A DNA stretch of 32,000 nucleotides, taken from an uncultured Chloroflexia bacterium (GTDB lineage Bacteria > Chloroflexota > Ktedonobacteria > Ktedonobacterales > JADMIN01). The notes under the pieces are model-generated. The model was not told the DNA's origin and made no database searches. It saw only the letters and a list, made by a program, of their open reading frames with translations. Each line of letters starts with the position of its first letter. The stretch's first letter is position 1. A program made the translations under genes and the position numbers. Where the stretch lies: positions 240,001-272,000 of the forward strand of contig CAVRAI010000013.1 of assembly GCA_963718915.1 (NCBI GenBank), written 5' to 3'. Shown here in pieces: positions 8,033 through 16,642 of this stretch.

Positions 8033-10873
8033 GTGGATAGCACAGGACGTACTCCCGCACCCGGCGACAATCCAGGCGAGTCCCCCGACGAAAATACCCT
8101 CGACTCGAACAATCTTTCAACCGATTCGCCGATTCCGTCAGAGCTTCCGGCAATTGAAGACGAGCCGACACAACTTCTTGAACCGGATATACCACTCGTA
8201 CCGACACACGCGTACCCAGCCGATGACTACCCAGAACCGATCCAGGTGCCTGTGGTCTCCAGTATGGCAAGCGCGCCGGATGAACCGAGCGAGTCTGATG
8301 TGCCGGACGAAATCGAGAACATCGAAGACATTCCCACACAGGTCAACACGTTCGATGAGCCGACAACCGACAGCTATGGGGATTATCCCGACGAAAGCGT
8401 CTATCGCGACCGGGACGATGTTTTCGATGATGATGAAGACTACACGGAACCTGACGACGACGCTCGCACTCAGGGCGGAATCGCTGTATGGGATACGTAT
8501 GACCAGCGTGCCCCTAGCTATTACATTGCCCCTTCAGTCTCTCCACGTCGGCTGCAACTGTCTCGCCGTCGTCGTCGATATATCTTTTACATTCGCCACT
8601 CGGTTCGTGCCCGTCAGGCGGCACGCAGCAGCGCGCTGACACGGCTTGCCTGGGCCTCGGCTATCGTGACCGGAGCGATCATCCTTACTCTGCTGACTGG
8701 CTCCATCGGGATCGCGGCATCATACTATCAATCCCAGCAGGCTGTAATCACATCACTCAATCGCACCGTTTCGTCACATGACAGCGTGCGCATCTACGAT
8801 AGCACTGGCGTTCTGCTCTACCAGTTCTCTGACTATGGCGCGCAACACAGTATCTCATTGGCGAACGTGCCAATTTCGCTCGTCAATGCCACCGTCGCCA
8901 TCGAAGATCGCTCGTTCTGGGTCAACCAGGGCATTGATTTCACCTCAATTGTCCGGGCAGCTGTCGCCGACATTCAGACAAAAAGCATCAACCAGGGCGG
9001 CAGCACCATTACCCAGCAGCTCATCAAGCAGAACGTCCTTAACAGCAATGAAACATTTGATCGCAAACTGCGTGAGGCGATCCTCTCTGTGGGCATGACA
9101 ACATCGGGCGCGTATAGCAAGAGCCAGATTCTGGAGATGTATCTTAACTCGATACCGTATGGTCAGGAGGCGTACGGCATCGATGCGGCGGCGTCGGCCT
9201 ATTTTGGCTATCAGGATGACCCGGTCACAGGTGAGTCGGCAGCGCAGCAACTCGATCTGGCGCAGGCATCGATGCTGGCAGGTATCCCGCAAAATCCAAA
9301 TACCAATAATCCGCTGCTGCACCCGCAGCATGCGCACGACCGCCAGAAAGACGTCCTCAACGCAATGATCACCGCAGGGTACATCACCCCAGCGGAGATG
9401 ACAGCGGCAGTGCAAGAATCGTTGTCGCCGAACTTCTTCCACCCACAGGCATCGACCAAGAATCTCGCGCCGCACTTTGTCAACTTCGTCGAAGATCAGC
9501 TCTCGACCATGTTGCAGACCGGTCAACTTCACCTGACACGTTCTGGTCTCAACGTCTACACCACCCTCGACATTGGCCTGCAGAACAAAGTGCAGCAGGC
9601 AATGAAAGATCATCTGTATGGCAATGATCGGGACGACTATCGCGGCTACATCCGTAACGACCATTTGTCGAATCTCGCCGGTATGGTTGTTCAGCATAGC
9701 ACCGGCGCGATTCGTGTATTTCTGGGCAGCGTCGATTACAACAGCACAACCATCGATGGCCAGTTCAATGTCTTGACACAAGGTTTAGGCCGAGGCCCTG
9801 GATCATCGTTCAAGCCTATTGTCTATGCCACTGCGTTCTCCAAGGGCTGGTTCCCCGGAATGTCTATCGCGGATTTACCCACGATCTTCTGGGATAACGG
9901 CCAGGAAAAGCCCTACAATCCGCTGGACTTCAACTATAACGAATTCTGGGGCAACATCACCTTGCGGACCGCGCTACAAAACTCGCTCAATATCCCCGCG
10001 GTCAAGGTGATGCAGTTCGCGGGCGTGGATGATGTGCGAACCATGGCAATGCGCATGGGCATTACCGATTGGAATGGTACCTGGGGGCTTTCGTCGGTGC
10101 TCGGTACCCTTGACGTACACCCTTACGAGATGGTGCAAGCGTATACAGTCTTTGCCAATTATGGCCAGTACATTCCGCTATACGCGATTGACAAGATCAC
10201 CGATAGCTCAGGCGATACGCTGTTCCAGTACACACAACCGCGTCCGATCCAGGTGATGAGTCCGCAGGTGGCGTTCCTGGTAACCAGCGTGCTCAGCGAT
10301 AACTTCACACGCGCCAAAGACTTCGGCGCGTGCAGTCCGCTGTTCGTCGATGCGACGCTCAAAGGTGGCGACTGCCAGGCGTGGCTACGTCAACGACCGC
10401 CCGGAGACCCCACCGGACAGGCTACATGGCCATCACCCAACGCCTGGCCAGCGGCTGCCAAGACAGGTACCGGCGAAAACTTCAAAGACGACTGGACGCT
10501 TGGCTACACCATGGACTACACAGCGGGTTTCTGGGGAGGCAACGACGACCACTCGCCGATGTACCACATCGATGGTATTACCGGCGCCGCGCCTATCTGG
10601 CGCAAAGCACTGCTCTATGCCGAACAGGGAAAACCCAAGACGCCGTTCCCAGTCCCTGAAGGGGTTCACAAGATCACTTACACATCGAATGGGGTCTCCT
10701 CGACCGATTGGATCATCAATGGCGTGACGCCGCCGAAGGATATTGGTAACGCTGGGCCTGCTCAGCTTCCCTGCATTGTATTCACCAATGATGACACTGA
10801 TCCGTGGAGGTACAGCTCTGGCAACTGCCAGGGCACGCTGATACCCGGTGGGGGCAGCCCCTATAGACCGTAG
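8033..10873 (+). CDS. Class A penicillin-binding protein (PBP1A family transglycosylase/transpeptidase) with long acidic N-terminal extension
   Basis: The gene uses a GTG start with GGAGGAG 7 nt upstream. A TM helix lies near aa 205-230. GT51 motifs are EDRSFWVNQGID and GGSTITQQL. Transpeptidase motifs are SSFKP (SxxK), SLN (SxN) and KTGT. Confidence 0.85.
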   Translation: MDSTGRTPAPGDNPGESPDENTLDSNNLSTDSPIPSELPAIEDEPTQLLEPDIPLVPTHAYPADDYPEPIQVPVVSSMASAPDEPSESDVPDEIENIEDIPTQVNTFDEPTTDSYGDYPDESVYRDRDDVFDDDEDYTEPDDDARTQGGIAVWDTYDQRAPSYYIAPSVSPRRLQLSRRRRRYIFYIRHSVRARQAARSSALTRLAWASAIVTGAIILTLLTGSIGIAASYYQSQQAVITSLNRTVSSHDSVRIYDSTGVLLYQFSDYGAQHSISLANVPISLVNATVAIEDRSFWVNQGIDFTSIVRAAVADIQTKSINQGGSTITQQLIKQNVLNSNETFDRKLREAILSVGMTTSGAYSKSQILEMYLNSIPYGQEAYGIDAAASAYFGYQDDPVTGESAAQQLDLAQASMLAGIPQNPNTNNPLLHPQHAHDRQKDVLNAMITAGYITPAEMTAAVQESLSPNFFHPQASTKNLAPHFVNFVEDQLSTMLQTGQLHLTRSGLNVYTTLDIGLQNKVQQAMKDHLYGNDRDDYRGYIRNDHLSNLAGMVVQHSTGAIRVFLGSVDYNSTTIDGQFNVLTQGLGRGPGSSFKPIVYATAFSKGWFPGMSIADLPTIFWDNGQEKPYNPLDFNYNEFWGNITLRTALQNSLNIPAVKVMQFAGVDDVRTMAMRMGITDWNGTWGLSSVLGTLDVHPYEMVQAYTVFANYGQYIPLYAIDKITDSSGDTLFQYTQPRPIQVMSPQVAFLVTSVLSDNFTRAKDFGACSPLFVDATLKGGDCQAWLRQRPPGDPTGQATWPSPNAWPAAAKTGTGENFKDDWTLGYTMDYTAGFWGGNDDHSPMYHIDGITGAAPIWRKALLYAEQGKPKTPFPVPEGVHKITYTSNGVSSTDWIINGVTPPKDIGNAGPAQLPCIVFTNDDTDPWRYSSGNCQGTLIPGGGSPYRP

Positions 10874-10896
10874 ACATCCATGGCGAAGACAACGAA

Positions 10897-10923
10897 GAGG
10901 TGCGGGCTTTTCACCCGCACCTC
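10897..10923 (+). terminator. Stem-loop downstream of the PBP gene
   Basis: GAGGTGCGGG, loop CTTTTCA, then CCCGCACCTC form a perfect 10-bp stem 24 nt after the stop. The following T-tract (tagctttat) is weak. Confidence 0.45.
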
Positions 10924-11129
10924 TAGCTTTATAGCCTCTTGAGACGCATCTGTCTTACAGAGAACTGGCCAGAAAGCCCCTGATTTCAAGCAGTGGATGA
11001 TTGGCCTCTTGAAATTCCCACGCCCGGATGCTACACTGCCTGTGAGCTTTGGCTCTCGCCCTGGGGCATCATGGCGTGGGGTACGACCCCTAGAAGCTCC
11101 CGGTTTTAGCTGGGAGAGATGTCACAGAG

Positions 11130-11654
11130 TCAATCTGGCTTGCCGAACTCATCGAGCGCATCAAGGGTATTGATGAAGTCGCGATACACGTCCAGATTGT
11201 CGGCCGCCGACTGCTCGCGTGTGGCCGAATGCGCCTCGTCGAGATCAACCCCCTCCTGCACAGTAACGCCCGCCTGTTCCATCACACTATCAGCCACAAA
11301 GATGGGCACCTTCATGCGAACCGCCAGGGCAATGGCATCGCTCGGACGCGAATCGATTTCCACATGGCGTCCGTCAGCGTCTAGTACCAGGCGGGCATAA
11401 AAAATATCATCGATCAAATCGCTGATAATGACACTGGATAGCGTACCGCCCAACTCGGTAATGACTGTTTTGAGCAGATCATGCGTGAGCGGGCGAGGGG
11501 ATGAGGTACCCTGGAGTTCCATCGCAATCGAGTATGCCTCTGGATTGGCAATCCAGATGAATAGATAGCGATCCGTTTGTGCGTCCTTGAGGATCACCAC
11601 CCGCTGGCTCGTCGCGAGATTAATACGTACACTCTCGACCGACACTTCCACCAT
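11130..11654 (-). CDS. Bifunctional nuclease family protein (DUF151/BFN domain)
   Basis: The 174-aa ORF has an AGGAGGGAG RBS. VVILKD...RYLFIWIANPEAYSIAMELQG...PRPLTHDLL...FYARLVL matches the DUF151 pattern. Confidence 0.75.
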   Translation of the reverse strand: MVEVSVESVRINLATSQRVVILKDAQTDRYLFIWIANPEAYSIAMELQGTSSPRPLTHDLLKTVITELGGTLSSVIISDLIDDIFYARLVLDADGRHVEIDSRPSDAIALAVRMKVPIFVADSVMEQAGVTVQEGVDLDEAHSATREQSAADNLDVYRDFINTLDALDEFGKPD

Positions 11655-11942
11655 GGGTTATGCTCCCTCCTGAAATCCAGTCCTGCCTGGTGAGGTCATC
11701 CCAGTACACGACCCACTCATTTTACATCCCCGCATAACTAGGGCGCAAATGCCACTGACCCCCAGTGATGCCAGGCAGACAGGCGCAGCTTCGGCCACAA
11801 TCCGCTTCCATCTCATGATTGGTGGCCGCCGTCACCAGTCCAAACGAACCACTCTTCTCCATTGGTACGATTTCACAGGCGCGTGGTTAACACCTGTTTT
11901 CCCGTTTCCTCGACGAGCAATGCATGCGTTGTCTCAAGGATG

Positions 11943-11972
11943 TTGACAGAAAAACATTCTCTCTGCTACACT
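11943..11972 (+). promoter_or_regulatory. lexA promoter candidate
   Basis: TTGACA (11943-11948) is followed by an 18-nt spacer and TACACT (11967-11972). The SOS box follows immediately. Confidence 0.5.
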
Positions 11973-11973
11973 G

Positions 11974-11989
11974 TAGAACGTGGGTTCTA
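11974..11989. promoter_or_regulatory. SOS box (LexA operator), Cheo-box type
   Basis: TAGAACGTGGGTTCTA is a perfect palindrome with core AGAAC-N4-GTTCT. It starts 2 nt after the -10 and lies 46 nt upstream of the lexA ATG. Confidence 0.7.
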
Positions 11990-12034
11990 TGACATTGCAT
12001 GTCAACGTGCTGTTGGGCACAAGGAGTTCCGGCC

Positions 12035-12652
12035 ATGAAGCGGGAAATGAGCGATATCCAGTCAAAGATTCTAACTTTTATCGAAGAGTACACTCGTAAA
12101 CATGGGCGCCCACCAACCAATCGCGAAATCGGCCAAGAGGTGGGTATTCATTCCACAGGACATGTGGACTACCATCTGACGGTGCTCGATAAGAAAGGCT
12201 ATATCGAGCGCGAACGTAAAAAAAGCCGCGGTATCCGTCTGGCGAATCAGGAGCCAGCTGGGCTTCAGATGTATGGCGCCATTGCCGCTGGCCAGCCTAT
12301 CGATATCTATGCCGATCAGCAAGAGCCGCCACTTGACCTGAGCCGCCATCGGCGCGAATACGTGCTCAAGGTAAAAGGCAACTCGATGATAGACGACCAT
12401 ATCAACGATGGCGACTGCGTGCTGGTGCTGCCAGATGTCGCTGTTAACGATGGCGATATTATCGTCGCCACGCACTTGACTGAAGGCTCAAATGGCGCCG
12501 CGACGTTGAAACGCATCTATCGCGAGCGCGACCGTATTCGGCTGCAACCGGCCAATTCTGAGATGGACCCAATCTATATCTCGAAACACGAGTGGGATGG
12601 TGAATGGAAGGTCCAGGGCAAGGTCACGGCCGTCTATCGCGAATTCAAATAG
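12035..12652 (+). CDS. lexA: LexA repressor
   Basis: AAGGAG lies 8 nt upstream of ATG 12035, and the longer ORF from 11999 lacks an RBS. The protein has a winged-helix N-domain and an AIAAGQP Ala-Gly cleavage region. The S24 peptidase Ser is in KGNSMID and the Lys in TLKRIY. Confidence 0.9.
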   Translation: MKREMSDIQSKILTFIEEYTRKHGRPPTNREIGQEVGIHSTGHVDYHLTVLDKKGYIERERKKSRGIRLANQEPAGLQMYGAIAAGQPIDIYADQQEPPLDLSRHRREYVLKVKGNSMIDDHINDGDCVLVLPDVAVNDGDIIVATHLTEGSNGAATLKRIYRERDRIRLQPANSEMDPIYISKHEWDGEWKVQGKVTAVYREFK

Positions 12653-12883
12653 CGTGGCGATAGCATACTGGTTTCTTGCTCACTCTTTGTGCCACTCGCT
12701 CTAGCCAGCTTTGTCAGGTCGTCCCATCAGCTTGCGTCGCGTGGGTTGCTGTGCTACGCTGCCCGCGACTCTGACAGACGATTGGTGTCTGTCTATCATG
12801 GCTTTGCCTGGGCAGTTCACTGATGCCAATGCATCTGGCGACATCGCTCCAGAGACAGAGCGACGCTGGCCAGGGAGTTCCAC

Positions 12884-13519
12884 TTGAGTATCGAGCAGAC
12901 ACTGCTAAACCTGATAGAGCACTGGTATCTAACTGCCGGGTATGCTGGTATTGTCCTGGCGATGGCGCTCGAAAGCTGTTGTATTCCTTTACCGAGCGAA
13001 CTGGTAATGCCACTTGCCGGATACATGGTTTTCAAACATCCCGACCAATTTTCGCTCATTGGGGTAGGTGTCGCGGGCGCGCTAGGATGCGTTATCGGAT
13101 CCGCGGTTGCCTATGGTATCGGCGCGGCGGGCGGGCGTCCACTATTGCTGCGCTACGGCAAATATATTCTCATCTCCAAGGCCGACTCTGACCGCGCCGA
13201 CCGCTGGTTCGCGCATTATGGCGCTCCAGTAGCTTTCTTCTCGCGACTACTCCCCGTCGTTCGCACCTACATTTCGCTGCCAGCCGGAATCTCCCGGATG
13301 AATTTCCCACAGTTCCTGCTCTTTACATTACTTGGCTCGTTGCCATGGACTTTCGCGCTGGCATGGCTGGGAATGACATTCGGCGAAAGCTTCCAGAAGG
13401 CTGTCTCCGAGATGACCACGGTCTTCCATGGGTTAGATATCCTGATACTGGTGCTGCTTTTGGTCGCGGTTGGACTGTACATCTACCGCCATATTCGCCA
13501 CGCACGCGCAGCTGAGTAG
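12884..13519 (+). CDS. DedA family membrane protein
   Basis: The gene uses a TTG start with GGGAG 6 nt upstream. AGIVLAMALESCCIPLPSELVMPLAGY and FSRLLPVVRTYISLPAGI are DedA/SNARE-associated signatures. Several TM helices are present. Confidence 0.85.
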   Translation: MSIEQTLLNLIEHWYLTAGYAGIVLAMALESCCIPLPSELVMPLAGYMVFKHPDQFSLIGVGVAGALGCVIGSAVAYGIGAAGGRPLLLRYGKYILISKADSDRADRWFAHYGAPVAFFSRLLPVVRTYISLPAGISRMNFPQFLLFTLLGSLPWTFALAWLGMTFGESFQKAVSEMTTVFHGLDILILVLLLVAVGLYIYRHIRHARAAE

Positions 13520-13537
13520 TTGCGCGTCTGTCTTCGA

Positions 13538-16500
13538 TTAATCTCGTGGTTTTACATCGTACCAGTTGCGCCCCAACTTAATCTCGACCTGGATAGGCAC
13601 GCTTAAGACCAACGCACTTCGCATCGCGCCATCGACAAGCTCTGCCACCAGGTCGACCTCATTGTCTGGCGCCTCGAGCACCAGTTCGTCATGCACTTGC
13701 AAAATCTGCCGGGCAGCGAGACTCAACTCCTCCATTTGTCGCTGGAGGGCGATCATAGCCATCTTGATCATGTCGGCGTTCGTTCCCTGGATGGGCATGT
13801 TGATCGCCTCACGCTCCGCTGCCTGTCTTTGCACAACCGGCAGACTACTCATCTCAGGAAAATAGCGTCTGCGTCCCATTAACGTCTGCACGTAACCCTG
13901 GGTGCGGGCCTGATGCAGCGTATTCTGCACATATTCGCGCACGAGTGGGAATGTCTGTTCGTAGTTGCGAATGAATTCGACCGCCTCAGCATTGGCCATA
14001 CCTGTCGTGCGCGCTAACCCAAAGGCAGACTGCCCATAGAGCACGGCAAAGTTTACCGTCTTCGCCAACCGGCGTTGATCTGACTGCACCTCAGCCAGCG
14101 GCACCTTGAAGAGCCGACTCGCCGTCGCCGCATGTATATCTTCACCTGCCTCGAATGCCGCCACTAGTGCAGGCTCGCGTGTCATATGCGCCAGAATACG
14201 CAACTCAATCTGTGAATAGTCCGCAGCCAGCAAGTATGAGCCGGGATCAGCAAGAAACGCGCGGCGGATACGACGTCCTACCTCAGTTCGGATGGGGATG
14301 TTTTGCAGATTTGGGTTCGATGAACTCAGTCGCCCCGTCGCCGCGGTGGTCTGGCTGAATGATGTATGCACGCGCCCATCGCGCGGATTGATCAGGTCAA
14401 GCAGACCATCCACATATGTCGATTTCAGTTTGCTGAGTTGCCGATATTCGAGTAAATGATCCACCGCGGCGTGCTGCCCGCGCAAGCCATCCAGCACCTC
14501 GGCATCGACCGAATAGCCGGTCTTGGTCTTGCGCCCATGTGGCAGTTTCAGCTCACCAAACAGCACATCTCCGAGCTGGCGCGTCGAGTTGACATTAAAC
14601 TGGTGGCCAACTGAGTCGTATATCTCCTGCACCAGGGCGCTACATTGCTCCTCTAACTCGCCACCCATCCGCCGCAAGAACTCTTTATCCACGAGCATGC
14701 CAGTCAGCTCCATGCGAGTTAGCACGGGAACGAGCGGCACCTCGATCTCGTCGAAGAGCGCGCGCAGGCCACGCGCATCCAACGCTGGACCGAGCATATG
14801 CATCAAGCGAAGAGTCATATCAGCATCTGCGCCGGCGTAATCCGCCGCGAGACGTACCGGAACCTGTGCCATTGTAATTTGATTGCGGCCCTTGCCGATC
14901 AGCTCATCGATTGTCGTCATAATGATGCCGAGATTCTCGAATGACTGCTCCTTCAGGCCGAGACCACGCCGCCCGGGATTGAGCAGGTATGCGGCAATCA
15001 TTGTATCGAAGCGCAACCCATGCACTTCGATTCCATGGTTCGCCAGCACCAGCATATCGAACTTCGCATTGTGTCCAACTTTCCCCGCCGATGCATCACC
15101 AAACACGGGACGCAAGCGTTCCAGGACATCAGCACGTGGAATCTGACGTGCGGGTGGGTTCCCTTCGACATCGGCGATATGCCCCACCGGAACATAGTAC
15201 GCCTCGCCCGCGCCAAGCGAAAACGACAGCCCGACAATCTCCGCCTGCAACTCGTTCGCGCTGTCGGTTTCCAGGTCAAACGCGAAAATATCTGCACTTG
15301 CCAGTGCCCGCGCCAGTACGTCGAGCGCCTCCGCAGAGTCAATCACCATCGTGTTTGTGCTATGCGCGGAGGCGAGTGGCGATTTTGCCGCAGATGGCCT
15401 GGCTACTGGAGGCGCAACAATATCTCCATCTTCGGCAAGCGCCAGAAGCTCATCAGAGCCAAAGAGGCTGAGTTGCGCCGTAGCATCCGGCATGGCTGGC
15501 GCGGCGGATCGAGTGGGTCGCGTGGCGACGCTGGTGGCGGGGGGCTGTGTCTCGCGCAATATGGCCGTTGGCGTACTCTCGTCGCCGAGCCGCCGTGGTA
15601 ATTTATCCGCCAGACTGTAAAACTCGAGTTCGTACAGCACTCGGCGCGCGTCGTCAGGATCATAGTTGAGCGCACGCGCGCCTTCCAGGTCAAGCGTCAC
15701 CGGAACATCGGTCACGATGGTCGCGAGGTATTTGCTATGCAGCGCCTGCTCGCGGTTCTCCGAAAGCAGAGTCTTGGTTCGGCCAGACAAATCGTCCAGA
15801 TGCTCGAGAATATTTTCGAGCGTGCCGTACTCACGGATAAGTTTGCTCGCCGTTTTTGGTCCGATGCCAGGCACCCCTGGAATATTGTCGGATGTGTCGC
15901 CCACAAGCCCCTTATAATCCACAACCTGCACCGGCTCAACACCAAAGCGCGCCTCAACCGCCGCCCGATCAAAGTACTCGAACTCACCTTTACGTGGCGA
16001 GCGCGCAAAGGTGACACGAATCCAGTCATCCACCAGTTGCAGCGTATCGAGGTCGCCAGTGGCAATCACCGTGCGTACGTGCTTTGCCTCCGCTTGTCGT
16101 GATAGTGTGCCGAGCAGGTCATCAGCCTCGAAGCCATCTATCTCGTAGATCGGAATGTTGAAAGCAGCCACCACATCACGGATACGTCCAAATTGCGGAC
16201 GCATCCCCTCAGGGAGCGATGGGCGGTGGGCCTTGTATGGAGCATAGTCTTTGTGCCGGAAGGTGGGTGTGGGCCGGTCGAACGTGAGCGCAAGGTATTC
16301 CGGTTTAATGATCCGCAACACATCAAGCAGCATGCGTGTGAAGCCATAGATGGCGTTCGTCGGCTCGCCCGCTGTTGTGCTCATCTCATCTGGAAATGCG
16401 TGAAAAGACCGGTGGAATAGCGCATGGCCGTCGAGCAGCGCCAATGTGGGTGCGGACGATATATCGTCGCCTTGCTGGCCTTCAGCAGACTGAACATCAG

Positions 16501-16540
16501 GTAGTGTATGTGTCGATGATGCGTGTGGCGCGCGATCCAT
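13538..16540 (-). CDS. polA: DNA polymerase I
   Basis: The 5' nuclease domain includes GVPGIGPKTA. The 3'-5' exo motifs are FAFDLETDS, GHNAKFDMLVL and YAGADADMTL. Polymerase motifs are A (LLAADYSQIELRILAH), B (RRLAKTVNFAVLYG) and C (QVHDELVLE). Confidence 0.95.
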   Translation of the reverse strand: MDRAPHASSTHTLPDVQSAEGQQGDDISSAPTLALLDGHALFHRSFHAFPDEMSTTAGEPTNAIYGFTRMLLDVLRIIKPEYLALTFDRPTPTFRHKDYAPYKAHRPSLPEGMRPQFGRIRDVVAAFNIPIYEIDGFEADDLLGTLSRQAEAKHVRTVIATGDLDTLQLVDDWIRVTFARSPRKGEFEYFDRAAVEARFGVEPVQVVDYKGLVGDTSDNIPGVPGIGPKTASKLIREYGTLENILEHLDDLSGRTKTLLSENREQALHSKYLATIVTDVPVTLDLEGARALNYDPDDARRVLYELEFYSLADKLPRRLGDESTPTAILRETQPPATSVATRPTRSAAPAMPDATAQLSLFGSDELLALAEDGDIVAPPVARPSAAKSPLASAHSTNTMVIDSAEALDVLARALASADIFAFDLETDSANELQAEIVGLSFSLGAGEAYYVPVGHIADVEGNPPARQIPRADVLERLRPVFGDASAGKVGHNAKFDMLVLANHGIEVHGLRFDTMIAAYLLNPGRRGLGLKEQSFENLGIIMTTIDELIGKGRNQITMAQVPVRLAADYAGADADMTLRLMHMLGPALDARGLRALFDEIEVPLVPVLTRMELTGMLVDKEFLRRMGGELEEQCSALVQEIYDSVGHQFNVNSTRQLGDVLFGELKLPHGRKTKTGYSVDAEVLDGLRGQHAAVDHLLEYRQLSKLKSTYVDGLLDLINPRDGRVHTSFSQTTAATGRLSSSNPNLQNIPIRTEVGRRIRRAFLADPGSYLLAADYSQIELRILAHMTREPALVAAFEAGEDIHAATASRLFKVPLAEVQSDQRRLAKTVNFAVLYGQSAFGLARTTGMANAEAVEFIRNYEQTFPLVREYVQNTLHQARTQGYVQTLMGRRRYFPEMSSLPVVQRQAAEREAINMPIQGTNADMIKMAMIALQRQMEELSLAARQILQVHDELVLEAPDNEVDLVAELVDGAMRSALVLSVPIQVEIKLGRNWYDVKPRD

Positions 16541-16642
16541 GGATGTATCCTTGAAGTGTGGAATGTTGATGGCGCTTCTTCTCTATTCCAGGCACACCTG
16601 CTGAAACCGGTCAGTCGTAGCGATGAGTCCGGTTCATGCGTG

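Noticed and set aside
7577-8639. 66-aa (7577-7777, +) and 237-aa (7926-8639, +) ORFs in and near the PBP leader
   Set aside because: They have no RBS. The 237-aa ORF is an alternative frame of the PBP N-terminal region with Arg/Thr/Pro-rich junk composition. The 66-aa ORF has no support and lies in a probable promoter and leader region.
11948-11960. AGAAAAACATTCT between the lexA -35 and -10, as a possible second SOS box
   Set aside because: Its spacing and half-sites do not fit AGAAC-N4-GTTCT. It is 13 nt long and has the half-sites AGAAA and ATTCT. It is probably just spacer sequence.
13519-16642. SOS regulation of polA or dedA given their proximity to lexA
   Set aside because: No GAAC-N4-GTTC-type site was found by eye in the polA upstream region (16541-16642) or in the lexA-dedA spacer (12653-12883). 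The dedA spacer instead has its own weak promoter-like CTGACA-17-TATCAT at 12771-12799.
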